Shown here one piece after another: positions 1-14,008 of a DNA stretch of 64,000 nucleotides. The notes beneath the pieces were generated by a model. It was given only the letters and a program-made list of their open reading frames with translations, was not told the origin of the DNA and did not search any database. How positions within the stretch are numbered: position 1 is the first letter of the stretch; each line of letters starts with the position of its first letter. Both the position numbers and the translations under genes were made by a program. Origin of the DNA: Laetmonice hystrix (taxonomy: Eukaryota); contig OZ249436.1 in assembly GCA_965235115.1 (NCBI GenBank), positions 43,834,001 to 43,898,000 of the forward strand. Direction: 5' to 3'.

Positions 1-724
1 ATATGTACCAGTCCCATTTTTATATTTCATCACTTCTAAGATAATAGTTTTCTCTGAACAGATAAAAGACTTCATCAAAGAATTTCTTTTTCATTATATG
101 TAGGCCTAATCGATAAACCAACATCACTTGTATATATTTCAACAGATCTTGAGATTCGGAAATATAGAAAGTTGTAAGGTGTAAGGTTTGTTGAATACGC
201 TTTAAGTTCACAGCGATAAGAGATCAACATTGGGAAAAGTTGACTGCCCGGACAGGTACCGAAATATCAGGTTCCCAAAAGAATAATGTTTTTATTTGGC
301 AATAAGTAACTGGAGTCTACACTTAAGGGTCGAAAACTATACTTACCGGTTGAAAACAGTTTAGCCACCTAGAAACGCCCGGGGGTGACAAGCATCGCCC
401 CCATTATATTTACCCTGCTACAGCCTTTCTCCCTAGGTTAAGCTGGGGTAACTATAAGCAAAGCTCCTGACAATAGACCTGTTGGCATTAAGATGATCTG
501 CCTGGTCTATTAAAGCTTCACCTTTGTCGCTAAGTTTGTCGGTATGCGGAACTGTAGATAAAGTTTAAGAAAGGTTACAGATTGCAAGCCAGCCAGGCTG
601 ATGTCTAGTGTGGGTGCTGGAGTAATGTACAGACAGGAATGGCTGGAGTCAAGCACTGGCCCCGGTCTCTGAACGCAGGGGGCATGTTGGTATTCTCCCA
701 AGGTAACGCATTCATGACATTACC

Positions 725-877
725 GGGGGGCAAGGGTAGGGGCAGGGCAAGGGGTGGGGACAGGTACAGGGGCTAGGGGCAGGGCAAGGGGTGGGGATAG
801 GTACAGGGGCTAGGGGCAGGGCAAGGGGTGGGGATAGGCCGTATATCCCACAGTTGTTTACCTTTTGTTGACATTGT
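725..877. repeat. G-rich 37-bp tandem repeat x~3-4
   Basis: Unit taggggcagggcaaggggtggggataggtacaggggc. Confidence 0.85.
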
Positions 878-1597
878 CCTGTCAGTGCCGTATATCCTAC
901 AGTTGTTTACCTTGTGTTGACATTGTCCTGTCAGTGCCGTATATCCTACAGTTGTTTACCTTGTGTTGACATTGTCCTGTCAGTGCCGTATATCCTACAG
1001 TTGTTTACCTTTTGTTGACATTGTCCTGTCAGTGTCGTATATCCTACAGTTGTTTACCTTTTGTTGACATTGTACTGTCAGTGCCGTATATCCTACAGTT
1101 GTTTACCTTCTGTTGTTGACATTGTCCTGTCAGTGCCGTATATCCTACAGTTGTTTACCTTTTGTTGACATTGTCCTGTCCGTGCCGTATATCCTACAGT
1201 TGTTTACCTTTTGTTGACATTGTCCTGTCAGTGCCGTATATCCTACAGTTGTTTACCTTTTGTTGACATTGTCCTGTCAGTGCCGTATATCCTACAGTTG
1301 TTTACCTTGTGTTGACATTGTCCTGTCAGTGCCGTATATCCTACAGTTCTTTACCTTTTGTTGACATTGTCCTGTCAGTGCCGTATAGTTGTTTACCTTT
1401 TGTTGACATTGTCCTGTCTGTGCCGTATATCCTACAGTTGTTTACCTTGTGTTGACATTGTCCTGTCAGTGCCGTATATCCTACAGTTGTTTACCTTTTG
1501 TTGACATTGTCCTGTCAGTGCCGTCTATCCTACAGTTGTTTACCTTTTGTTGACATTGTCCTGTCAGTGCCGTATATCCCACAGTTGTTTACCTTTT
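878..1597. repeat. Minisatellite, 49 bp x~15
   Basis: Unit gccgtatatcctacagttgtttaccttttgttgacattgtcctgtcagt. Confidence 0.95.
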
Positions 1598-1645
1598 ATC
1601 GTTTATCATCAAACGGTCTGTCTCGATTGAAGGTGGTATCAGTTT

Positions 1646-1896
1646 CAGGGCTGTAGCCAGAGGTTGATGCAGGGGGGGGAGGTCAAAGAAATTGAAATTG
1701 TGTAAAATGCGAGCAAAGAGAGCACCGCAAGTGCGAAGCGAAAGCTAGGGGGTCCGGGAACATCCCCCCCCCCCCGAAAAAAATAATTTAAGTGCATTTT
1801 CATACATTCTGCATGGTTAATTTCAGCAGCAATGACTTTTTACTTTGGCACACAGGGGGTTACAGACACCCAAAAAGATCCCTGGCGACGGCCCTG
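1646..1896. mobile_element. MITE-like element with ~15-bp terminal inverted repeats
   Basis: Left cagggctgtagccag and right ctggcgacggccctg are 13/15 complementary. Internal G and C runs. No clear TSD. Confidence 0.55.
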
Positions 1897-3051
1897 AGGG
1901 TTAGTCTGTTTGTTGATGTCATGAGACCGATATTTTTTCCCTCCGAACACACCGGGATAGCGGAGGGTCAGGTTTCAGGAATACTCCGCGGGAAGTTGTC
2001 ATTTATCATCACGTGGTCGTCCGTTATCTCCCTGTCCTCTCTCACCTTTTTGTCCCAGTATACACGTATTATGTTCGGCACCAAATTCTCTCATGATTGA
2101 GAATTTTTTAAAGCAGGACAAAATCTCTCTGAACCATAAATCGGAGATTTTCTATCGTTTTGTGGAAATAAGAAACGAATCAAGTGTTTAGTGATCTGCG
2201 ATAGGCGAGTTTAGAACTCTGAGTATTCCTAATTTACGTTCAGAAGGAACATGACCAGGCCTACGTGCTCTGGAAGTTTTTAATATTTACTTAACAACAT
2301 GAAGATTCTGACCGTCGGTATGTCTGGGAATTCTTTCACTTGCTTCCTTACTTTTGAAGTAAATCATGCTGTAATTTGTCATGGCCAGACGCAAAGTTAG
2401 CTGCAATGTTAATTGCCATTAGTGACTGAGGTTACCAAACCAACAATTGCCATTAGTGACTGAGGTTACCAAACCAACAATTATATAAATACCCTACCCA
2501 CACCAATTATCTGTGATGTCTTTGATTAAATATCCTGATTCACCTTTCATCCTGAGGTGTAAATCATTTATCTTTGTACTTCACACTCACATTATGAGTA
2601 ATTAAACTTGGGTCATTATGACTCTGTCCGTCACTGACGAGCTCTATGGTATCAATCAGATCAAATTAAATAATTAATTTCTCCTTGAGGCAAACCTCTG
2701 AGATTAGGACCCGCCAAGCTTCACTGATGGAAAGGAAATCTATGATTCTGTTAGAACTCACAAATAGAATTCAGATTCTAGCTGCAAGAGTGTATTGACA
2801 TTCTAAGCGAGTTTGGCTCATAAATGGGGAAAATATCGATCTGTTGGCTCTTCCGAGTGAGTACTTGCCATCCTGGTTTGGGGAAGACATCTGGCGTGAT
2901 GGGACCAATATAATCAATCAATATAATGTTATTGAATGGAACTGAGAGGCGGGCATTGTTGTGAAGGTCTCTACGATTTTAATCACCGATAATATAGGTA
3001 AGCGATTATTTCCTCGTGCAGTTATTTGAGGAGGAGCTAAGCCTGGAGAAT

Positions 3052-4323
3052 GCAAGCAATGAACGCAAACTTGACGTGGGTCGACGGCTCATTGACCTGG
3101 TATGGGAGCGAGCAGTGAGTGACTGTTTTATAGCAAGCAATGAACGCAAGTTTCACGTGGGTCGACGGCTCATCGACCTGGTATGGGAGCGAGCAGTGAG
3201 TGGCTGTTTTATAGCAAGCAATGAACGCAAGCTTGACGTGGGTCGACGGTTCACCGACCTGGTATGGGAGCGACCAGTGAGTGGCTGTTTTATAGCAAGC
3301 AATGAACGCAAGTTTCACGTGGGTCGACGGCTCATCGACCTGGTATTGGAGCGAGCAGTGAGTGGCTGTTTTATAGCAAGCAATGAACGCAAGTTTCACG
3401 TGGGTCGACGGCTCATCGACCTGGTATGGGAGCGACCAGTGAGTGGCTGTTTTATAGCAAGCAATGAACGCAAGTTTCACGTGGGTCGACGGTTCATTGA
3501 CCTGGTATGGGAGCGACCAGTGAGTGGCTGTTTTATAGCAAGCAATGAACGCAAGTTTCACGTGGGTCGACGGTTCATTGACCTGGTATGGGAGCGACCA
3601 GTGAGTGGCTGTTTTATAGTAGCAATGAACGCAAGCTTGACGTGGGTCGACGGTTCATCGACCTGGTATGGGAGCGACCAGTGAGTGGCTGTTTTATAGC
3701 AGCAATGAACGCAAGCTTGACGTGGGTCGACGGTTCATTGACCTGGTATGGGAGCGACCAGTGAGTGACTGTTTTATAGCAAGCAATGAATGCAACCTTG
3801 ACGTGGGTCGACGGTTCATTGACCTGGTATGGGAGCGACCAGTGAGTGGCTGTTTTATAGCAAGCAATGAACGCAACCTTGACGTGGGTCGACGGTTCAT
3901 TGACCTGGTATGGGAGCGACCAGTGAGTGGCTGTTTTATAGCAAGCAATGAACGCAAGTTTCACGTGGGTCGACGGTTCATTGACCTGGTATGGGAGCGA
4001 CCAGTGAGTGGCTGTTTTATAGCAAGCAATGAACGCAAGCTTGACGTGGGTCGACGGCTCATGGCATGGGAGCGAGCAGTGAGTGGCTGTTTTATAGCAA
4101 GCAATGAACGCAAGCTTGACGTGGGTCGACGGCTCATGGCATGGGAGCGAGCAGTGAGTGGCTGTTTTATAGCAAGCAATGAACGCAAGCTTGACGTGGG
4201 TCGACGGCTCATGGCATGGGAGCGAGCAGTGAGTGGCTGTTTTATAGCAAGCAATGAACGCAAGCTTGACGTGGGTCGACGGCTCATGGTATGGAAGCGA
4301 CCAGTGAGTGGCTGTTTTATAGC
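3052..4323. repeat. Minisatellite, 81 bp (75-bp variants at the 3' end) x~16
   Basis: Unit gcaagcaatgaacgcaagtttcacgtgggtcgacggctcatcgacctggtatgggagcgagcagtgagtggctgttttata; accounts for the ORFs at 3016-4399. Confidence 0.95.
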
Positions 4324-4962
4324 TGTATTGGCAGAGGTCGGGTACTATTGGACAGAACTCCAAGGGGGGCAAGGCTGGGGGCAGTTAATGACCTTTTAAT
4401 GTGCTGTGTAGTCCAACCTTTGAGTCAATACTTGCACAGTGATGTGGCGTGGTCTTGCGGAGACTGACTCGGAGAGTATCCGAGTTTAGTTAGTCGATTG
4501 TGTGAAGTAATGTTTATGAACCTCAGAGATTTCTGCTTGGAGCTCGGTGTCACGGACGTTCTGACGGTCACAAATGACTTTTACATCTGGAACTGTAATT
4601 GAAAACCTACTGTTCATCACGTGATCCCTACATCAGTTAGGAGGAGGGATATGGAACTGAGACCGCTGTATCAAAAGTTGAGTTGAGAACAACACTCAGT
4701 TTGTGGGCCCAGTTGGCACAAACGTACAAGTCGATACGATGGCTGGGTAAATTGACTGTGCTGATTTGTTTGTCAATACGACGTGGTAAATTGACTGAGC
4801 TGATTTGTTGGTCAATACGACCTGGTTTTCTCACATCAGACAGCGGACTATTCCGCAATTGCATGCAGTGGCCGTGAACAGGAACCGGAACAAGTTTGGG
4901 GGTTTATTATGCGGACAATTCGCTCATGTCACGGAAGTTAAGTCTACTCGGAGTTGGAATAT

Positions 4963-6644
4963 ATACCAGTTGGTGGTAACTCAAACAAGGTGGGTGTTTC
5001 ATGCCATCTGTATTCTTGGGTCACTTTATACAATACCAGTTGGTGGTAACTCAAACAAGGTGGGTGTTTCATGCCATCTGTATTTTTGAGGCCGTTTATA
5101 CAATACCAGCTGGTGGTAACTCAAACAAGGTGGGTGTTTCATGCCATCTGTATTCTTGGGTCACTTTATACAATACCAGTTGGTGGTAACTCAAACAAGG
5201 TGGGTGTTTCATGCCATCTGTATTTTTGAGGCCGTTTATACAATACCAGCTGGTGGTAACTCAAACAAGGTGGGTGTTTCATGCCATCTGTATTCTTGGG
5301 TCACTTTATACAATACCAGTTGGTGGTAACTCAAACAAGGTGGGTGTTTCATGCCATCCGTATTCTTGGGTCAGTTTATACAATACCAGTTGGTGGTAAC
5401 TCAAACAAGGTGGGTGTTTCATGCCATCTGTATTCTTGGGTCACTTTATACAATACCAGTTGGTGGTAACTCAAACAAGGTGGGTGTTTCATGCCATCTG
5501 TATTTTTGAGGCCGTTTATACAATACCAGCTGGTGGTAACTCAAACAAGGTGGGTGTTTCATGCCATCTGTATTCTTGGGTCAGTTTATACAATACCAGT
5601 TGGTGGTAACTCAAACAAGGTGGGTGTTTCATGCCATCTGTATTCTTGGGTCAGTTTATACAATACCAGTTGGTGGTAACTCAAACAAGGTGGGTGTTTC
5701 ATGCCATCTGTATTTTTGAGGCCGTTTATACAATACCAGCTGGTGGTAACTCAAACAAGGTGGGTGTTTCATGCCATCTGTATTCTTGGGTCAGTTTATA
5801 CAATACCAGTTGGTGGTAACTCAAACAAGGTGGGTGTTTCATGCCATCTGTATTCTTGGGTCAGTTTATACAATACCAATTGGTGGAAACTCAAACAAGG
5901 TGGGTGTTTCATGCCATCTGCATTCTTGGGTCAGTTTATACAATACCAGTTGGTGGTAACTCAAACAAGCTGGGTGTTTCATGCCATCTGCATTCTTGGG
6001 TCAGTTTATACAATACCAGTTGGTGGTAACTCAAACAAGCTGGGTGTTTCATGCCATCTGTATTCTTGGGTCACTTTATACAATACCAGTTGGTGGTAAC
6101 TCAAACAAGGTGGGTGTTTCATGCCATCTGTATTCTTGGGTCAGTTTATACAATACCAGTTGGTGGTAACTCAAACAAGGTGGGTGTTTCATGCCATCTG
6201 TATTTTTGAGGCCGTTTATACAATACCAGCTGGTGGTAACTCAAACAAGGTGGGTGTTTCATGCCATCTGTATTCTTGGGTCAGTTTATACAATACTGGT
6301 TGGTGGTAACTCAAACAAGGTGGGTGTTTCATGCCATCTGTATTCTTGGGTCAGTTTATACAATACCGGCTGGTGGTAACTCAAACAAGGTGGGTGTTTC
6401 ATGCCATCTGTATTCTTGGGTCACTGTATACAATACCAGTTGGTGGTAACTCAAACAAGGTGGGTGTTTCATGCCATCTGCATTCTTGGGTCAGTTTATA
6501 CAATACCAGTTGGTGGTAACTCAAACAAGGTGGGTGTTTCATGCCATCTGCATTCTTGGGTCAGTTTATACAATACCAGTTGGTGGTAACTCAAACAAGG
6601 TGGGTGTTTCATGCCATCTGTATTCTTGGGTCAGTTTATACAAT
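4963..6644. repeat. Minisatellite, 70 bp x24
   Basis: Unit caataccagttggtggtaactcaaacaaggtgggtgtttcatgccatctgtattcttgggtcagtttata; accounts for the series of 62-aa ORFs. Confidence 0.97.
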
Positions 6645-7672
6645 GAACATTCATGTGAAAACCTTCTGGCCTCAGCACATGGCGGTAGGCGTGCGATTAC
6701 ATTTGTACATGTATTAGGTGATTAACTGATTGAGTGGATAAAGACACACATGACATATATATATATATATCCATTAAGAAACCTACTGTAGATATTATGT
6801 TACGCGTACGTTGTAGTGTTACAGTTTCCTATAGTGGCACCAAACTCCAGAAGAATAGAGAAGTATTTCGTCCAGTTCTGTCTCAATCTGTAAATGTTTA
6901 CAAACACAAGCAGTGTAGTTGTATGCACTTATTTTGTTTACGTTGCCAAGTTTAGATCCACCTTGCCATCATACATTAACATTAACAGATAAAAGATGTA
7001 TACTGACGCTGTTTCTATTGGGTCTGTCGATGGATATCTTTGCCATGTCCCTGTAACCGGATTGAATGTAAGGCCTATAAATATTGTAATTCGTATCCGA
7101 TGATATGTCTGTGTAGTGGAATATATTTACATCCGTGATTTATAGGTTGTATCATATCTTTGCTCCCCACGAAAGGAAGCTCGTAATTTGGGCCGATCGC
7201 TACACTAATTCCCTCCACCCGATTCTGCAGAGCGTGCCTTATATTTTTCTTCTTATTTTGAGAGCTTTTCATCCTGTCAGTTTTCAGGTTGACTAATGTG
7301 ATACTTGAGGCCCTAGATGAAAAACAACCACCAGAAAGTGAGAAATGCCCTTCATAAATCATTTTGTGATGTGTGTGTAACCTGGACAATAACCATGCAA
7401 TTGGGATTTTTTTTATAATCTCAGATTTCTAAACCTCCATTTTTTTTCTTTCCCTTTCATACCGCGGGATTCCTGTCGACGTAAACCTCACAAAATTATA
7501 GTTTGAGTGAAATTGAACTTGGAGAATATATGATCAGAAAATGTGCAGTTCAAAGGTGTAATTGGCAGTATTTGTTTAATTACTGCATACAATTAAACTA
7601 ATTTCTCATGTTAAAAGTTGTATTTGAGTAGAGTTGATGAGTGTACATTAGGACCGGAGTCCTGATAATGCA

Positions 7673-8563
7673 GGTCCTGTATTTTTACAGACACTGAGAC
7701 TCAGACACGAAGGTATCTGTACCCTTTAGTTGGATGACTGGTCCTGTAGTTTTACAGACACTGAGTTTTACAGACACTGAGACGCAGACACGCAGGTATC
7801 TGTACCCTTCAGTTGGATGACTGTTCCTGTAGTTTTATAGACACTGAGACTCAGACATGCAGGTATCTGTACCCTTCAGTTGGATGACTGTTCCTGTAGT
7901 TTTACAGACACTGAGACGCAGACACGCAGGTATCTGTACCCTTTAGTTGGATGACTGTTCCTGTAGTTTTACAGACACTGAGACTCAGACACGCAGGTAT
8001 CTGTACCCTTTAGTTGGATGACTGGTCCTGTAGTTTTACAGACACTGAGACTCAGACACGCAGGTATCTGTACCCTTTAGTTGGATGACTGGTCCTGTAG
8101 TTTTACAGACACTGAGACGCAGACACGCAGGTATCTGTACCCTTTAGTTGGATGACTGGTCCTGTAGTTTTACAGACACTGAGACTCAGACACGAAGTTA
8201 TCTGTACCCTTTAGTTGGATGACAGGTCCTGTAGTTTTACAGACACTGAGACTCAGACATGCAGGTATCTGTACCCTTTAGTTGGATGACTGGTCCTGTA
8301 GTTTTACAGACACTGAGTTTTACAGACACTGAGACGCAGACACGCAGGTATCTGTACCCTTTAGTTGGATGACAGGTCCTGTAGTTTTACAGACACTGAG
8401 ACTCAGACATGCAGGTATCTGTACCCTTTAGTTGGATGACTGGTCCTGTAGTTTTACAGACACTGAGTTTTACAGACACTGAGACTCAGACATGCAGGTA
8501 TCTGTACCCTTTAGTTGGATGACGGGTCTTGTATTTTTACAGACACTGAGACTCAGACACGAA
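7673..8563. repeat. Minisatellite, 67 bp x~13
   Basis: Unit gacactgagactcagacacgcaggtatctgtaccctttagttggatgactggtcctgtagttttaca. Confidence 0.95.
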
Positions 8564-9561
8564 GATTATCCACACAAATAGTTTGTGTGGTCCGTAAAAT
8601 ACTTAACAAAGATTGGCTCTGATTTTTGTTCATATTCCACGTAAATACCGCAGCCTCCTGAAAGTGAGCAATTTTAGTTTTTTAAAAATACCTGGAGTCA
8701 GAGAATTATTTCTTTTTGCAACTTCCAAATGGTAAATTACAATGATTGTTCGAGGGCTCCTGAGATGCTAATGATGTGGGATGATGGCGATGATGTGGGA
8801 TGATGGCGATGATGTTGTAGTTTCCACTGTACTGGAGGGAGTTTCGTTGAGAGCACAACAACCGGACAAGTAGTCTCATTGAATAGTTTGCCGCATGTAT
8901 GAAGATATGGGGGACCACCATGAGTTAAGGCCCTGGTTTTATTTGGTTATTATTATCTAATGTGAAGGGGCCCGATATATACTGTGCCCGGGGCCCCTCT
9001 GGCTCATGGCTGGCCTGGAGTAGGCCGAGAGAAAGCTCGGCCAGGTTAACCAAGTACGCCGACAGCAACCATGACTGTCATGATACATGGAACCACGCAA
9101 CATTCACATCATTGTTGATGGTGTGACAGGTCGACACCAAGACCGACAGGTTTCTCACGTGTTACCACAATCACTCATACATGTAGGTAACAACTTTTTA
9201 TAGCTTTTATATTTTTTTTATTAAAAAATATATTTAAATTAAAAGATCCTGGATTGAGGTGTGGTTCGTACAGGTTGTTATCGTTTGAAAGAAAGCCAAG
9301 AAAAGTTGACGTGTGTTGAGAGTGTAGCTTTGTTAACTTTGGACCTCTGCCATCTGGATTACCTCCCAGTATATAACATTCCCACAGCCAGGGTCCAGCA
9401 GGTTGAGGTGAAGACGCTACATTGAAAACGTCCATCCGACCTCCAAATTAAGTTGTTTCCGAAGAGGCAAACTGTTCCCGCCGGGGGGGGGGGGGGTGCC
9501 GAGGGGGGTAGTGATATTGTTAAAATGGTATGTTATCATTTGAACTGACTGGACACTGAAA

Positions 9562-9802
9562 GTGCAGTAAAACTGTTAAAGCAGTTTTGTCCTTGGAATG
9601 TGTCTTAGGTTTAGATGATGGGGCGTGCAGTAAAACTGTTAAAGCAGTTTTGTAGTGTGTTTTAGGTTTAGATGATGGGGCGTGCAGTAAAACTGTTAAA
9701 GCAGTTTAGTCCTTGGAATGTGTTTTAGGTTTAGATGATGGGAGGTGCCGTAAAACTGTTAAAGCAGTTTAGTCCTTGGAATGTGTTTTAGGTTTAGATG
9801 AT
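9562..9802. repeat. Tandem repeat, ~63 bp x4
   Basis: gtgcagtaaaactgttaaagcag...ttaggtttagatgat units. Confidence 0.85.
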
Positions 9803-11213
9803 TCAGAAGATGCATGCTCACACTCTACCTAAGCAAAGGTTGCAAAGTGAACGTACATAAATGCACATTTGTATAGCTATTTTTACAGAGCCTAAGGATA
9901 AGATTTTATTGCCGTTTTTAAAGAGGAACTTTTCTTGAATGGCGACACTACGACTCAGACACGTCTTCTTTATGCCCAGCTGAAACTAACTCAAGTTTGT
10001 GCGCTGTGACTCCGTGACCTGTGGGTATTGTGTGACCGATCAGTTTGAATCAGTCGATCTCGTGCCTGGTATTCTCCTGATGAATGATGGCTGGAGTCCG
10101 GCCAACAATTTGTCATCACGTCATGAACAGGTGGCTGGTAGGCAGATGAGGGGGAAAAAACATCCTCCTAAAACGCTAACATATTATGGCATGACTGCGA
10201 TGATTAGAAAGACCTCAGTATTAAGTATTCCGTGGCATAATTATTAGATTACTTTACCAAACGTCGCGGAGACATTTCACGTCTTCTCATGTAAATATCT
10301 CTTACGGTTTGAAATAATATCTAAATATGTAATAACTATGACGTAGCCACAGTATTCAGCGTCCTTATACCCAGTACCCATGGTGACACCCCCAGACCTC
10401 CTGTCTCCATGTCCGGTCCCAATATCGCCGGCTAATTTTTCACTTCCGGTTTGGACCTCAAATTTAAGACCGTCGAATTGGACCTTGTTCCTCATCCGGG
10501 TATCTTTCGGCGCCTTTAATTACTGGCACACATGTTGAAGCCGGCAAGTTTATTCAAACCATCAAAGTAAGTGAACATTATTACCATGATAAGGAAGTTC
10601 TACCTACCTTACATTATACATTATGTAGCCGTACCTTTGTGTTAGATGAGGGACCATCATAGTATATATCATTATTAATGTATAAGGAATGTCTATGAGT
10701 CTACAAACAACATAATTATCGAGTTCAGTAACAATAGGCCATGGGGTCGGGTCGGCTGGTTCCTCATTCTGCCAACAGGTGGCAGGCTGGACAGCACATC
10801 ACTTTGTGACGAGATGATGCCAGTAATTGGCCAATCAGGAATTCCAGTCACTAGCCAGACTAAGTGATTGTCAGCATACAGGTAACGTGTCAACACTCTG
10901 TGGGTTAAAGGATCGGAACCTGGTCACAAACAAAATATAACAACCCATTACTAGTTTGAATGAGATTGGATAAAATTCAATTACTCTTTAGATTTAGTTA
11001 CATTTGACCCCGGCATGGGAAATGAGGGATCTCCCACGTATGTTACAGACGAACCATTCTCTGCCTCAGCAATGACCTTCTGCGCATTTATGGCCTGTGC
11101 AGAAAATCCTAAATTCTTTGTTGGCTTTTAAGTATACATTTGTACCCTGGTCAGTTAATAGTAGAATATTTAGTACGAGTGTTACTCTCTGAATCAAAAC
11201 GGTTCCAAACAGC

Positions 11214-11555
11214 CCGAAACGAAATTTAACGTCAGTAAAGTGCTATTATGGCCTCAGCGTTTACCGAAACGAAATGTAACGTCAGTAAAGTGCTGTTATG
11301 GTCTCAGCGTTTACCGAAACGAAATTTAACGTCAGTAAAGTGCTATTATGGTCTCAGCGTTTACCGAAACGAAATTTAACGTCGGTAAAGTGCTATACAT
11401 GGTCTCAGCGTTTACCGAAACGAAATTTAACGTCAGTAAAGTGCTAACTTGGTCTCAGCGTTTACCGAAACGAAATGTGACGTCAGTAAAGTGCTAACTT
11501 AGTCTCAGCGTTTACCGAAACGAAATTTAACGTCAGTAAAGTCTCAGCGTTTACT
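11214..11555. repeat. Minisatellite, 50 bp x~7
   Basis: Unit ccgaaacgaaatttaacgtcagtaaagtgctattatggtctcagcgttta. Confidence 0.9.
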
Positions 11556-12296
11556 GAAGGACAGATTCGCGTGGATCGTTTCCCGATTTTGTTAAAGAAG
11601 AGGTTGAATGATTGAAGACTAAAGGTTACTGGGATGTATTTAGAAGGTGATGAGTTTCACTAAGTTGCCTCATACAGTGTAGGAGTGACCAATTGCAAAC
11701 ATGAACGTGACCAGATGATCTGACTCATGGAAAGTCGGTAGTTTACATCTGTTCAGCATCTGCTGACGGCAACAGCTGGCATTACAGAAACGATGGACAT
11801 ACCTTCACGCGACACCTTTCATCCTAAAAATAGACACACTGGGAGTTGTACCAGATGGGTTGGTTGTTTGTTTTTGGGGTGTTTCTGTTTTATCTACAGG
11901 AGAAATGACTGGTAATCTGTCCTTATTGAAAGTTGTGGCGACCCAAACCTTAAGTTGCCCGCAGCCATACTTTATCAGTCAGTGGTTTTATTGGGACATC
12001 CCTGAGCTGTTCCAAGATTTATTTGTCTACAGTGGCAGTAATATTTACCCCAGTATAATTCTCACAGTCTGTCTTGACCTCGCTAAACTCCAATTTAAAG
12101 GTCACTGTAAATTTAAGGTTAGTAAGCGTACCTCGGGGGTTAACGAATCTTCTTTCTCAGTTTCCCCGCGTTGATTTATTGTGAAGAGAAACAAGTCTCT
12201 CACTACAACTAGACAGTACGGGTGTAGATTTAATTTTCTGTATTGTTTTAAGAAATTGTTCAAGATGTTAATTATTGAAGTTTATCAGGCACTGTA

Positions 12297-13449
12297 TACA
12301 ATATGTCCCTGTTGGCGGAGTGTCGGGCGGTCGTACAATATGTCCCTGTTGGCGGAGTGTCGGGCGGTCGTACAATATGTCCCTGTTGGCGGAGTGTCGG
12401 ACGGTCGTACATGTCCCTGTTGGCGGAGTGTCGGACGGTCGTACATGTCCCTGTTGGCGGAGTGTCGGACGGTCGTACATGTCCCTATTGGCGGAGTGTC
12501 GGACGGTCGTACATGTCCCTGTTGGCGGAGTGTCGGGCGGTCGTACATGTCCCTGTTGGCGGAGTGTCGGACGGTCGTACAATATGTCCCTGTTGGCGGA
12601 GTGTCGGACGGTCGTACATGTCCCTGTTGGCGGAGTGTCGGACGGTCGTACAATATGTCCCTGTTGGCGGAGTGTCGGACGGTCGTACATGTCCCTGTTG
12701 GCGGAGTGTCGGACGGTCGTACAATATGTCCCTGTTGGCGGAGTGTCGGACGGTCGTACATGTCCCTGTTGGCGGAGTGTCGGACGGTCGTACAATATGT
12801 CCCTGTTGGCGGAGTGTCGGACGGTCGTACAATATGTCCCGGTTGGCGGAGTGTCGGACGGTCGTACATGTCCCTGTTGGCGGAGTGTCGGGCGGTCGTA
12901 CATGTCCCTGTTGGCGGAGTGTCGGGCGGTCGTACATGTCCCTGTTGGCGGAGTGTCGGACGGTCGTACATGTCCCTGTTGGCGGAGTGTCGGACGGTCC
13001 TACAACATGTCCCTGTTGGCGGAGTGTCGGACGGTCGTACATGTCCGTGTTGGCGGAGTGTCGGGCGGTCGTACATGTCCCTGTTGGCGGAGTGTCGGAC
13101 GGTTGTACATGTCCCTGTTGGCGGAGTGTCGGGCGGTCGTACATGTCCCTGTTGGCGGAGTGTCGGACGGTCGTACATGTCCCTGTTGGCGGAGTGTCGG
13201 ACGGTCGTACAACATGTCCCTGTTGGCGGAGTGTCGGACGGTCGTACATGTCCGTGTTGGCGGAGTGTCGGGCGGTAGTACATGTCCCTGTTGGCGGAGT
13301 GTCGGACGGTCGTACATGTCCCTGTTGGCGGAGTGTCGGACGGTCGTACAACATGTCCCTGTTGGCGGAGTGTCGGACGGTCGTACATGTCCGTGTTGGC
13401 GGAGTGTCGGGCGGTCGTACATGTCCCTGTTGGCGGAGTGTCGGGCGGT
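12297..13449. repeat. GC-rich minisatellite, 34/37 bp x~33
   Basis: Unit tgtccctgttggcggagtgtcggacggtcgtaca(+ata); accounts for seven overlapping ORFs. Confidence 0.97.
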
Positions 13450-14008
13450 TGTCATAGTGATGTATTAGACGTGGAAGACCTGCAGGATATTGACACTATA
13501 ATTGATATCCACAGGTAACCACTGTAGAAGACGTCGTTGTTTTTATATAATAGCAGGAGATCATTGGTTTGCCTTTTTTTTAGGCTGAATGAAGAAATAT
13601 TGCACTGATGGGTTAAATTGATAAAGAAGTAAAGATTTAGGTGGGAACTTCTGAAGTCGCTGTTGAGAGTGAGAGAGTTGGGTTATTTGTTATGTTAATT
13701 ATTTATCTGAATGTTTAATCAGTTACGGGGTGATTCAGCAGAACAGCTCCCATTAACATTCTGGTAGGTTTGAATACTTTCAACTTGTCCATTATCCTCG
13801 ATACAAGAGCTTCACTTTACGAGGGGCAGTTTATTTATGTCCTACATACTCAGTCGTACATACTTTACTTATAGGGGTGGAAGTAGTTACCCCCAACTCC
13901 CTATAATCGTGTAAAAAATGCCATCCCCCCAGAGTTACCGTTTTAAAGTTGAGAGACAGCTGCCCTTATTGACCATCGGTTTGCTCTGCTCAGTTCCTGC
14001 GCGATGTC

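Noticed and set aside
3016-6725. Long repetitive ORFs (222-252 aa and the 62-aa series) as proteins
   Set aside because: They coincide exactly with the 81-bp and 70-bp arrays, occur on both strands, and have no domain, splice context or unique coding sequence.
8570-8590. 9-bp hairpin (ccacacaaa-tag-tttgtgtgg) at the end of the 67-bp array as a Helitron 3' end
   Set aside because: No CTRR terminus follows at the expected distance and no 5' TC end was identified.
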